Below, piece by piece: positions 20,446 through 28,950 of a stretch of 32,000 nucleotides of DNA (the stretch's first letter is position 1; the number at the start of each line of letters is the position of its first letter). Source of the stretch: Xanthomonas campestris pv. campestris str. ATCC 33913 (GTDB lineage Bacteria; Pseudomonadota; Gammaproteobacteria; Xanthomonadales; Xanthomonadaceae); contig NC_003902.1 of assembly GCF_000007145.1 (NCBI RefSeq), forward strand, positions 2,546,497 through 2,578,496, written 5' to 3'. The position numbers and the translations under genes were made by a program. Below the pieces are notes generated by a model that searched no databases, was not told where the DNA came from, and saw only the letters and a program-made list of their open reading frames with translations.

Positions 20446-20909
20446 CGGTGGTGCTCCAGGAGTGGTGAGAAGGAAGACGTGGCAGCCCGCGGCGCACTGG
20501 CCGGCGTGCTGTGTGCGGTAGTGCAGACGGTCTGCGCGGCAAAGCGCGCCGGCGTGCAGCCGGTGGCATGGCGGAAACTGCGGACGAAATGGCTTTGGTC
20601 GAAGAAGCACAGCTCGCTGGCGATCTGGCTGATCTTGTGGCGGCCTTCGCGCAGCAAGGCCTGTGCACGCTCAATGCGGCGGCGGCGCAGATATTCCATC
20701 GGGCTGGCGCCGACCACATCGCGAAACACACGCGCAAAATGGAAGCGGCTCATGCACGCGGCCGTGGCCAGATGGGTCACCGTGATCGGTTCGCACAGAT
20801 GCGTGTCGATGTACTGCATGGCTCTTGCCACCGCACGGATGCGCGGTGCTTCAAGTGCGCTGCATGCGTGGGGCGCGGTGCGGCAGTCGACGGCAATGCC
20901 ACGTGCCAT
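20442..20909 (-). CDS. AraC-family transcriptional regulator, DNA-binding domain only (MarA/SoxS/Rob size class)
   Basis: 155 aa from the ATG at 20909, with GGAG 7-8 nt upstream. The dual HTH is ITVTHLATAACMSRFHFARVFRDVVGASPMEYLRRRRIERAQALL...ISQIASELCFFDQSHFVRSFRHATGCTPARF. There is no N-terminal ligand or dimerisation domain. Confidence 0.85.
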   Translation of the reverse strand: MARGIAVDCRTAPHACSALEAPRIRAVARAMQYIDTHLCEPITVTHLATAACMSRFHFARVFRDVVGASPMEYLRRRRIERAQALLREGRHKISQIASELCFFDQSHFVRSFRHATGCTPARFAAQTVCTTAHSTPASAPRAATSSFSPLLEHHR

Positions 20910-20989
20910 GCGGCGTCTCCGTTGGGGGTGCGGCCATGGTGCGGTGAGCAGGTGCGCGCTCCCACCCCAGATGGTGAGGTCAATCGCCC

Positions 20990-21002
20990 CCTCTTTCGGG
21001 GG
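20990..21002. repeat. left copy of a 13-bp perfect inverted repeat (CCTCTTTCGGGGG)
   Basis: It is the exact reverse complement of 21274-21286. Locally it forms a C5/G5 hairpin with loop TCTTTC. Confidence 0.7.
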
Positions 21003-21273
21003 GGCCGCCGCAGTGGCCCGGGTGCAAGATCGACGCGCGTTGGCGCGGTTCGCGCGCAGCATGGAGCCGATGCAGCCGCGTGCAGGCCACGCCGCACGGC
21101 GCGGCACACCGCCCAGACTCACCGGTCACGCACCACGCCCAACAAGCGGACGCGGCCGAACATACCCATGCACTGCGCGATACTCCAACCGTGCGAAAGG
21201 AGTGCCGCGTGCGCTCATGCCCGCGGGAGTTGCAAGCCGTCACCGCCCTACTCCACTGCGCAGTGCGCGTCCT

Positions 21274-21286
21274 CCCCCGAAAGAGG
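21274..21286. repeat. right copy of the 13-bp inverted repeat (CCCCCGAAAGAGG)
   Basis: It is the exact reverse complement of 20990-21002. The inner flanks also share GCAGTGG/CCACTGC (21010-21016 and 21254-21260), though at different offsets. Confidence 0.7.
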
Positions 21287-21324
21287 TGGTGGTGCTTCCC
21301 CCGATCTCGTCCGACAATGCTGCG

Positions 21325-24300
21325 ATGCCGCATGAGCCCGTCAGCTACCCCGCTTCGTCGTTACGCCTGCGCGTTACGCACTGGGTCACGCTGGCGTGCT
21401 GTTGGCTGCTGCTGTGCGTACCGGCATGGGCAAGCGGGATCGCCGCAACACGCGACGGCGTGCTGCAGTTTCACCACACCGCCTGGAGCACCGAGCGCGG
21501 CGCACCGGCCGACATCTGGGATATCGCGCAGGCCGATAACGGCCCGTTGTGGCTGGCGACCGGTTTTGGCTTGTTCCAGTTCGATGGTGACCGCTTCGCA
21601 CGTGTGCCGCCGCCCAATGGCGAGGCGTACGCATCGCACAACATGACCGCGCTGACGCTCGCACCGGACGACACCGCGTGGGTCGGGTATTTCGGTGCCG
21701 GGATCGACCGTCTCGCCGACGGCCACCTCACCCACTTCGCACCAGGCAAGGACTTGCCCAGCGGCATGGTGTTCAAGCTGGAGCGCGATGGCAGCGGGCG
21801 CCTCTGGGCCGCAATCGATGGCGGCCTGTGCTGGTTCGATGGCACGCGCTGGCACCGTGCCGGTGCCGACTGGGGCTACCCGGCCGCACGCGCACAGTGG
21901 TTGCTGCGCGACCGCCGTGGCGTGCTGTGGGTCAGCGACGGCACCCAGCTGCTGCGCCTGCCCGCAGGCGGCAAGCGCTTCGAACCCAGCGGGCAGCCGG
22001 TTGGCCCGTTCACCACCATGGCCGAAAGCCCGGATGGCAGCGTCTGGGTCGCCGACCCGTATCGCGGAATCTTTGCATTGACCGACGCGCGCGGGCAGCT
22101 GCTTCCCGCAGTAACACGCGCGCAGCCACGCTTTGCCGGGCTGTTTGCGCGCCGTATCCGCTTCATGCGCGACGGCGCGCTGTGGGGCACGGACTACGCG
22201 GCCGGTGGTGTGTTCCGGATCGCCACGCCGCTGGCGCTGGCGCCGGTGCTGGAACATGTAGGCACGCTGCAAGGCCTGACCTCGGCAACCGCCGGCCCGT
22301 TACTGGAAGACCGCGAAGGCAACCTCTGGGTCGGCACCAACCTGGGCTTGAATCGCTTCCGCCACCGCGCGCTATTGCCATTGGCCGCATTGCTGCCCGG
22401 CCCGGCCACTGCGGTGGAGATGTTCACCAGCCGCAGCGGCGCAGCGCCGGGGCCGCTGGTTGCCGCATTGCGCGACAACCGCCTGCTCGCACTGACGCGC
22501 CTGCGCATCGATCGGATGCAGCACGGCGGCGCGGCCAGCACGCTCGCTGTGCCGAACACGTTACGCAGTTGGGTGTTGGCCGAACACGCGCTACTGCGTC
22601 TGCAGGGCGGCCTTGTGCAACCAGTCCCATTACCGCTGGGCGTTGCGCCCGGCGAAATACGTGCGTTGCTGGTCGATGCGATGGACCAGCCGCTGGTGTG
22701 CCCGGATGCGCGTGGGCCGTATCGCTACGACGGCACCGGCTGGCAACCGCTGGCCGGCGTGCAGGAAACCCCATGCTCGGTGCTGGCGCGTGCGCACGAT
22801 GGCGCGCTGTGGATCGGAGACGTCAAAGGGGAGCTGCGCCTGCTGCGCGGCAATCGCGTGCGCCGCTATAGCGCAACGGACGGCTTGTCGGTCGGCCCGA
22901 TCACCGCTCTGTGGAGCAGCCCCGCGCTGACCCTGGTGGCCGGCGAAGCGGCGGTGGCCGTGCTCGGACCCGATGGCCGATTCCGCACCTTGCCCGACCA
23001 GGCCAGCCCGCTGCTGCAGGGGGTCACCGGTATCGTGCAGGACGCCGCCGGCGGGGTCTGGTTGAACGGCAATCGCGGCGTGGTGCACCTGAGCCTGCAA
23101 GCGTTGACGCAGAGCGTGCAGACCGGCCTGCCGGCGCCATCGCTGCGCCTGTACGACACCATGGATGGCCTGCCCGGCATCGCCCAACAGGCCACGCCGG
23201 TTCCCAGCGCGCTGGCCGCAGCCGATGGCCTGCTGTGGTTTGCCACCAACCAGGGCCTGGCCTGGCTCGACCCCAGCCAGACCTATCGCAATCCCACCGC
23301 GCCCACGGTCGCCATCACCGAGGTGGTCGCCAACGATCGTCCGTATCCGCTGCAGGCCGCGCTGCGCCTGCCCAAGTGGAGCGACCGCCTGCGCATCGGC
23401 TACGAAGCGGTCAGCCTCACCCGCCCCGAGCGCGTGCGCTTCCGCTACCGGCTGGATGGCGTGGACGCTGCCTGGCAGGACGCCGGCAATCGCACCGAGG
23501 CGTTCTATACCAACCTGGCGCCTGGCCGTTATCGCTTCGAGGTGGCCGCCGCCAACAACGATGGCGTGTGGAACGCACGTGGCGACACACTCGACGTGGT
23601 CATCGAACCGGCGTTCGTGCAGACCTGGCAATTCAAGCTGTGCTGCGTGCTGGCGGCGGTCGCGGCCCTGGCGGTGGCGTGGCGCTTGCGCACCCGGCAT
23701 GTGGCCGGACGCCTGCGTGCGCGGTTGGAAGAGCGCTACCGCGAGCGCGAGCGCATCGCCCGTGAGTTGCACGACACCCTGCTGCAGGGCACACAGGGGC
23801 TGATCCTGCGCCTGCACACCGCCAGCCGTTCGCTGGCCTGGGATGACCCCCGCCGGCAGGAACTGGAAAAGACCGTCGAACTGGCCGAGCGCGCCCTCAT
23901 CGAAGGGCGCGACCGCGTCAACGGCTTGCGCGACACCCACTCGCTGCGCACCGATCTGGCCGGCGCGTTGCAGCAGGCGCGCGAAACCACCATGCCGATC
24001 CCCACCGCAACCCTGGACGTGCTGGTCAATGGCCGCCCACTCGTCTTGCGCGCGATGGTGGCCGACGAACTGTTCCAGCTCGGGCGCGAAGCGCTGAGCA
24101 ATGCCGACCGGCACGCGCGCGCAAACAAGATCGTCCTGGAACTGCGTTACGGTTCACGTGACTTCGTGCTGCGCATCCGCGACGATGGCTGCGGCCTGGC
24201 GCCGGACGTGCTGCACGGCCACGCCCGCACCGGGCACTGGGGATTGACCGGCATGCAGGAACGCGCGCGGCGCATCGGGGCACAGATGCAACTGTGGTCG

Positions 24301-24423
24301 CGGCCCGGCAGCGGAACCGAAGTGCAGATCGTCGTCCCCGCGCGCGCTGCGTACGTTCGACCACCCAAACGCTGGTGCTGGCCCTTTCAAAACGCACGAC
24401 CCACGGAGACTCCCCATGGCTGA
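21325..24423 (+). CDS. sensor histidine kinase with a large periplasmic two-component-regulator-propeller / Y_Y_Y sensor region (HisKA_3 + HATPase_c)
   Basis: The start is the ATG at 21325; only the last 1032 codons of the 1550-aa track ORF are real. The signal/TM is WVTLACCWLLLCVPAWA. Propeller-like units repeat: LWLATGFGLFQFDG, LWAAIDGGLCWFDG, LWVGTNLGLNRF, LWFATNQGLAWLD. A Y_Y_Y-like segment RFRYRLDGVDAAWQDAGNRTEAFYTNLAPGRYRFEVAAANNDGVW follows, then TM FKLCCVLAAVAALAVAW, H-box RERIARELHDTLLQ, and the ATPase motifs NADRHA, DDGCGL and GHWGLTGMQERA. Confidence 0.9.
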   Translation: MPHEPVSYPASSLRLRVTHWVTLACCWLLLCVPAWASGIAATRDGVLQFHHTAWSTERGAPADIWDIAQADNGPLWLATGFGLFQFDGDRFARVPPPNGEAYASHNMTALTLAPDDTAWVGYFGAGIDRLADGHLTHFAPGKDLPSGMVFKLERDGSGRLWAAIDGGLCWFDGTRWHRAGADWGYPAARAQWLLRDRRGVLWVSDGTQLLRLPAGGKRFEPSGQPVGPFTTMAESPDGSVWVADPYRGIFALTDARGQLLPAVTRAQPRFAGLFARRIRFMRDGALWGTDYAAGGVFRIATPLALAPVLEHVGTLQGLTSATAGPLLEDREGNLWVGTNLGLNRFRHRALLPLAALLPGPATAVEMFTSRSGAAPGPLVAALRDNRLLALTRLRIDRMQHGGAASTLAVPNTLRSWVLAEHALLRLQGGLVQPVPLPLGVAPGEIRALLVDAMDQPLVCPDARGPYRYDGTGWQPLAGVQETPCSVLARAHDGALWIGDVKGELRLLRGNRVRRYSATDGLSVGPITALWSSPALTLVAGEAAVAVLGPDGRFRTLPDQASPLLQGVTGIVQDAAGGVWLNGNRGVVHLSLQALTQSVQTGLPAPSLRLYDTMDGLPGIAQQATPVPSALAAADGLLWFATNQGLAWLDPSQTYRNPTAPTVAITEVVANDRPYPLQAALRLPKWSDRLRIGYEAVSLTRPERVRFRYRLDGVDAAWQDAGNRTEAFYTNLAPGRYRFEVAAANNDGVWNARGDTLDVVIEPAFVQTWQFKLCCVLAAVAALAVAWRLRTRHVAGRLRARLEERYRERERIARELHDTLLQGTQGLILRLHTASRSLAWDDPRRQELEKTVELAERALIEGRDRVNGLRDTHSLRTDLAGALQQARETTMPIPTATLDVLVNGRPLVLRAMVADELFQLGREALSNADRHARANKIVLELRYGSRDFVLRIRDDGCGLAPDVLHGHARTGHWGLTGMQERARRIGAQMQLWSRPGSGTEVQIVVPARAAYVRPPKRWCWPFQNARPTETPHG

Positions 24424-25057
24424 TACGACACGACCGACCGCGGTGCTGGTGGTGGACGATCACCCGTTGTTGCGTGACGGATTGAGCGCCATGCTGGGCG
24501 CCGAGCGCGACATGCAGGTGGTGGGCGAAGCCGAAGATGGCGAACAGGCCGTGGACTACTACACCCGCCTGCGCCCGGACGTGGTGCTGATGGATCTGCA
24601 GATGCCACGCGTGGACGGCGTGCAGGCGATCCAGCGCATCCGCCAGCTCGACCCCATGGCCAAGGTCATCGTCCTGACCACCTACACCGGCGATGTGCGT
24701 GCAGTACGCGCCTTGCAGGCCGGCGCTTGCGGGTATCTGCTCAAGAGCGCGTTGCGGCGCGAACTGGTCGACACCATCCGCGACGTGCGCCGCGGTCAAC
24801 GCCGCCACGTGCCCGCCTCGGTGGCCGAGAACATCGCCGCGCACGTGCTCGACGACGCCTTGTCCGCACGCGAGACCGAGGTGCTGAACCTGGTCGCCAC
24901 CGGCTGCTCCAACAAGCAGATCGGCAACGCACTGGGCATCTCAGAAGAAACCGTCAAGGCGCACATGAAGAACATCCTGTGCAAGCTCGGCGTGCGCGAC
25001 CGCACCCACGCGGTCACCGTTGCGCTGCGTCGCGGGATCCTGTCGCTGGAGACCTGA
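24416..25057 (+). CDS. NarL/FixJ (LuxR)-family response regulator
   Basis: The receiver is VLVVDDHPLL...VVLMDLQMP...VIVLTTY...GYLLK. The LuxR HTH is LSARETEVLNLVATGCSNKQIGNALGISEETVKAHMKNILCKLGV. It overlaps the kinase gene by 8 nt (ATGGCTGA). Confidence 0.95.
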   Translation: MADTTRPTAVLVVDDHPLLRDGLSAMLGAERDMQVVGEAEDGEQAVDYYTRLRPDVVLMDLQMPRVDGVQAIQRIRQLDPMAKVIVLTTYTGDVRAVRALQAGACGYLLKSALRRELVDTIRDVRRGQRRHVPASVAENIAAHVLDDALSARETEVLNLVATGCSNKQIGNALGISEETVKAHMKNILCKLGVRDRTHAVTVALRRGILSLET

Positions 25058-25428
25058 AGGCGCCACCACCACTGGCGGCGGACGGGCGCCGCCCGCCTGC
25101 CCCGCTCACCGCGCCGGCGCACGCGGCAGCAAACAGTGCAGCGGCGCCCAGCTACCCTCATCCGCGCCCGGCGCCTCTGCCAACAGACCACACCTTGCCG
25201 ACCGCACGCCCGCTGAGTGCGACGCGCTCGACCATTCTTGAACGCGAGGCGAAGCCGCCGCGATGCGGCGCTGCCAAACCGATCGGCTTCGGCTATCGTA
25301 TGCACCGCCAGCGGCTCGGGGAGCCGCTTCAGCATCTTGTCCGGCAGCCGATAACGGCTACGTCCGCCCGCCGCACCGCGCTGCGGCGGGCTCGATTCAA
25401 TCATTTAAACGCGTTCAGGGGAATTGCG

Positions 25429-26556
25429 ATGCTTCGTCACTCTTTGCGGGTGCGCCTGCTGTTGCCGGTGCTGGCCTTGGTGCTGGTCGTGGTGGTGGCA
25501 CTGACGGTCATTCTGGCCATTACCGAGGCCAACCGGGTCAAATCGGAAACCGCAGACGCCATCGAGCGCCAGTCGGTCTCCCTGCAGACCCTGTTCTCGG
25601 TCACCCGCGCGATGATGCTCGATCGCGTCAATTCCTCCATGCGCCAGCTGCGCAAGGAAGCCAACGCCCAGGGCGCGCCCAGCGTGGGCAATGACGTCCG
25701 CGTGGCCGACCGCAACGCCAACGACCTGTTGCTGGGCCAGAAGTCCCAGGCCAACGTGTTCGACATGCTCGACGACGTCACCGCGATCCACGAAGGCACC
25801 GCAACGCTGTTCTCGCGCACCGGTGACGACTTCGTGCGCATCTCCACCAACGTCAAGAAGGACGACGGCAGCCGCGCCATCGGCACCGTACTCGATCCCA
25901 CCGGCCAGGCCGCCGCCAAACTGCGTAATGGCGAAAGCTTCTACGGCGTGGTCGACATCCTCGGCAATCCGTATGTCACCGGTTACGAGCCGATCTTTGC
26001 CGGCAACGACAAGCGCGTCATCGGTGCCTGGTACGTCGGTTACAAGGCCGACACCCAGGCGCTGGAAAACGTGGTCAGCAGCCGTCGCGTGCTCGACTCG
26101 GGCTTCATCGCCATCTTCGACAGCAAGAACACGCTGCGCTTCCAGTCCACCACCGGCGCCACCACCGACACCGCCACCATCGAGCGGATCGTCAAGGAAA
26201 GCCCCGACGATTGGGTCGTGACCAAGCAGGAAGTGCCGGACTGGGGCTTCACGCTCGTCTCGGCCTACCCCAAGAGCGATGTCAACGGCGTCATCGTGCG
26301 CCAGTCGCTGTGGATCGCCGGCATCGGCCTGCTGGTCTGCGCACTGTTGCTCGGCCTGCAGTGGGCGCTGATCTGGAACCGCGTGTTGCGGCCCATCCAG
26401 CACTTGACCACCGTTGCCGAAGAACTGAGCCTGGGCAAGTGGAACCACACCATTGCCGAGGTCAACCTCAAGGATGAAATCGGTACCCTGGCGCGCGCCA
26501 TTTCCCGCCTGTCCAACAGCGTCCGGTTGGCCATGGAACGCCTCAGCAAGCGCTGA
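25429..26556 (+). CDS. membrane sensor protein: TM, periplasmic Cache-like domain, TM, HAMP, with no output domain
   Basis: 375 aa from the ATG at 25429, preceded by AGGGGA in an AT-richer stretch. TM1 is LLLPVLALVLVVVVALTVILAI. The Cache_3-Cache_2-like region is TATLFSRTGDDFVRISTNVKKDDGSRAIGTVL...GESFYGVVDILGNPYVTGYEPI...VIGAWYVGY. TM2 is LWIAGIGLLVCALLLGLQWALIW. The HAMP is RPIQHLTTVAEELSLGKWNHTIAEVNLKDEIGTLARAISRLSNSV. A stop follows 10 codons later. Confidence 0.75.
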   Translation: MLRHSLRVRLLLPVLALVLVVVVALTVILAITEANRVKSETADAIERQSVSLQTLFSVTRAMMLDRVNSSMRQLRKEANAQGAPSVGNDVRVADRNANDLLLGQKSQANVFDMLDDVTAIHEGTATLFSRTGDDFVRISTNVKKDDGSRAIGTVLDPTGQAAAKLRNGESFYGVVDILGNPYVTGYEPIFAGNDKRVIGAWYVGYKADTQALENVVSSRRVLDSGFIAIFDSKNTLRFQSTTGATTDTATIERIVKESPDDWVVTKQEVPDWGFTLVSAYPKSDVNGVIVRQSLWIAGIGLLVCALLLGLQWALIWNRVLRPIQHLTTVAEELSLGKWNHTIAEVNLKDEIGTLARAISRLSNSVRLAMERLSKR

Positions 26557-26600
26557 GCCGTGCTGTATAACTCCGCACCAGATGATGCAAGGAAGACGCC

Positions 26601-27230
26601 ATGTCCACTGAATTCCGTCCGCTGATCGAGGTCCTGCGCGAGCTCAAGGCGCTGGCGCTGAAGAAGGCGTCCGGCTTTCTGTTCGTCGTCACCGAGGAGA
26701 ACCACTCCTGCATCATCCGCATCAATGCGGGTCAGATCGAAGAAGTGGTGTTCCGCATGCTGCGCAATGATGAGGCCGTGCAACGCCTCACCATGGTCGG
26801 CGCCGCCAAGGCCCGCTTCCAGGTCGACCCCGGCGCCGGCATGGGCAAGCCCTCGCTGCTCAGCGAGGACTCGCGGCAGTGGCTGATGGGCGGCTTCGAA
26901 CAGGATCTGGGCGGTGCGCCGGCCCCAGTGCGTGCACCGGTTGCCGCCGCTCCGGTGCCGGCACCTGCCGCAGCCAGCGCAGCACCCACAGCGTCCGCAC
27001 CGGCGTCTGTCGGCAGCGGCGCAGCGCCGGACGAAGCGGTTCGCCAAGCGCTGGAGAAAGTCGCATTGAATTACCTCGGCCCGATCGCCGGCATGTTGTG
27101 CGACGAAGCCTGGGATGCCTCCAGCGACATCGAGCAGGTGCTCAGCCAGCTCGCTGCCAACCTGGCCACGCCGCAGGAAGCGCAAAAGTTCATGACCGAC
27201 GCCCGCGTGGCACTGGCCAAGGTGCGTTGA
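26601..27230 (+). CDS. hypothetical signalling-associated protein: DUF4388-like N-domain, Ala/Pro linker, small helical C-domain
   Basis: 209 aa with AAGGAAG 6 nt upstream of the ATG. The N-terminus LRELKALALKKASGFLFVVTEENHSCIIRINAGQIEEVVFRMLRNDEAVQRLTMVGAAKARFQ fits the DUF4388 pattern (from memory). The linker is APAPVRAPVAAAPVPAPAAASAAPTASAPAS. The C-terminus is ALEKVALNYLGPIAGMLCDEAW...LATPQEAQKFM. A strong terminator follows. Confidence 0.7.
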   Translation: MSTEFRPLIEVLRELKALALKKASGFLFVVTEENHSCIIRINAGQIEEVVFRMLRNDEAVQRLTMVGAAKARFQVDPGAGMGKPSLLSEDSRQWLMGGFEQDLGGAPAPVRAPVAAAPVPAPAAASAAPTASAPASVGSGAAPDEAVRQALEKVALNYLGPIAGMLCDEAWDASSDIEQVLSQLAANLATPQEAQKFMTDARVALAKVR

Positions 27231-27258
27231 GGCCAGCGTTCAACGCAACCCTGCAACA

Positions 27259-27284
27259 AGCCGCGCAATGCGCGGCTTTTTTTT
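27259..27284 (+). terminator. rho-independent terminator after the 209-aa gene
   Basis: Stem AGCCGCGC (27259-27266) / GCGCGGCT (27270-27277), loop AAT, followed by a T8 run. Confidence 0.85.
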
Positions 27285-27332
27285 GCGGCGGCATCGTGCG
27301 GCCTGATTGCCAGCGATGAAACTGCAAGACAT

Positions 27333-27355
27333 AAAAAAGGCGCCTTGCGGCGCCC
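27333..27355 (-). terminator. rho-independent terminator of guaA
   Basis: The minus strand reads GGGCGCC-GCAA-GGCGCC followed by TTTTTT (plus-strand A6 at 27333-27338). It lies 30 nt downstream of the guaA stop. Confidence 0.8.
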
Positions 27356-27384
27356 TTTCGTTCGATCTCGCGAGCAGAACCAAC

Positions 27385-28950
27385 TCACTCCCACTCGATC
27401 GTCGCAGGCGGTTTGCCGGAGATGTCGTAGACCACGCGCGAGACGCCGCGCAGTTCGTTGATGATGCGGTTGCTCACCGTGCCGAGGAAGTCGTATGGCA
27501 GGTGCGCCCAATGCGCGGTCATGAAGTCGATGGTCTCCACCGCACGCAGTGCGATCACCCATTCATAGGCGCGCGCATCGCCCACCACACCCACCGACTT
27601 AACCGGAAGGAACACCGCGAATGCCTGGCTGGTCTTGTCGTACAGGTCCGCCTTGCGCAGCTCGTCGATGAAGATCGCATCGGCCTTGGCCAGCAGTTCG
27701 GCGTATTCGCGCTTCACCTCGCCCAGGATGCGCACACCCAGGCCCGGGCCCGGGAATGGATGGCGATACACCATGGTGCGTGGCAGGCCGAGTTCCACGC
27801 CCAGGCGACGCACTTCGTCCTTGAACAGTTCGCGCAGCGGTTCGACCAGGCCCAGCTTCATGTGCTCAGGCAGGCCACCCACGTTGTGGTGGCTCTTGAT
27901 CACGTGCGCCTTACCGGTCTTGCTGCCGGCCGACTCGATCACGTCCGGATAAATCGTGCCCTGCGCCAGCCACTTGGCATTGGCCAGCTTGTTGGATTCT
28001 TCATCGAAGATATCCACGAACAGGTTGCCGATGATCTTGCGCTTGGCTTCAGGATCGCTCACGCCTTCGAGTTTGGCGAAGTAGCGGTCGGCCGCATTGA
28101 CGCGGATCACCTTGACGCCCATGTGCTCGGCAAACATCGCCATCACCTGGTCGCCTTCCTGCCAACGCAGCAGGCCGGTGTCGACGAACACGCAGGTCAG
28201 CTTGTCACCGATCGCCTTGTGCAGCAGTGCCGCGACCACCGACGAATCCACACCTCCGGACAAGCCCAGAATCACTTCATCGTCGCCCACCTGCTCGCGC
28301 ACGCGCGCAATCTGGTCATCGATGATGTTGGCCGCGGTCCACAGCGTCTGGCAGCCACACACGTCCACCACGAAGCGCCGCAGCAAGGTCTGGCCCTGCA
28401 GCGTATGTGTCACTTCCGGGTGGAACTGCACGCCATACCAGCGCTTGTCTTCGTTGGACATCGCCGCCACCGGAATACGGTCGGTCACGGCAGTAATCGT
28501 GAAGCCCGGCGGCACCTGCGACACGTGGTCGCCGTGGCTCATCCACACATTCAGGCGCGACGCGCCGGCGTGGTCGGTCAGACCAGAGAACAGTGCATCG
28601 GCCGCCACTACATCGACTTCGGCATGACCGAACTCGCGCTGATCGGCCGCCTCGGTGGCACCGCCCAACTGCGCAGCCAGTGTCTGCATGCCGTAGCAAA
28701 TACCGAACACCGGCAAGCCGCTATCGAACACCTCCTGCGGCGCAACCGGCGCCCCTGGCAAGGTGGTCGACTCGGGACCACCCGAGAGAATGATGCCCTT
28801 GGCACCGAACCCGGCGATCTCGCTCGGATCATGATCCCAGGCCCAGATCTCGCAGTACACGCCAATTTCGCGAATCCGCCGCGCGATCAGCTGGGTGTAC
28901 TGCGCGCCGAAATCGAGGATGAGGATCTTGTCGTTATGCAGACTGGACAT
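27385..28950 (-). CDS. guaA: GMP synthase (glutamine-hydrolysing)
   Basis: [28 protein letters not shown], the GATase Cys in FGICYGMQ, the ATP-PPase loop SGGVDSSV, and the C-terminal PPATIEWE are all present. The start is the ATG at 28950 (521 aa); the 33 upstream codons of the track ORF are rejected. Confidence 0.97.

Noticed and set aside
19771-24423. A giant 1550-aa plus-strand ORF read as a single protein
   Set aside because: Its first 518 codons run antisense to the isochorismatase-family and AraC genes and across the intergenic spacer, and they look like junk (Arg/Ala/Gly-rich with no domains). The recognisable sensor kinase starts at the ATG at 21325, which encodes a signal peptide.
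24796-25404. A 202-aa minus-strand ORF spanning the regulator 3' end and the 371-bp spacer
   Set aside because: It is Arg-rich junk overlapping the well-supported response-regulator gene, and it has no ribosome-binding site or domain.
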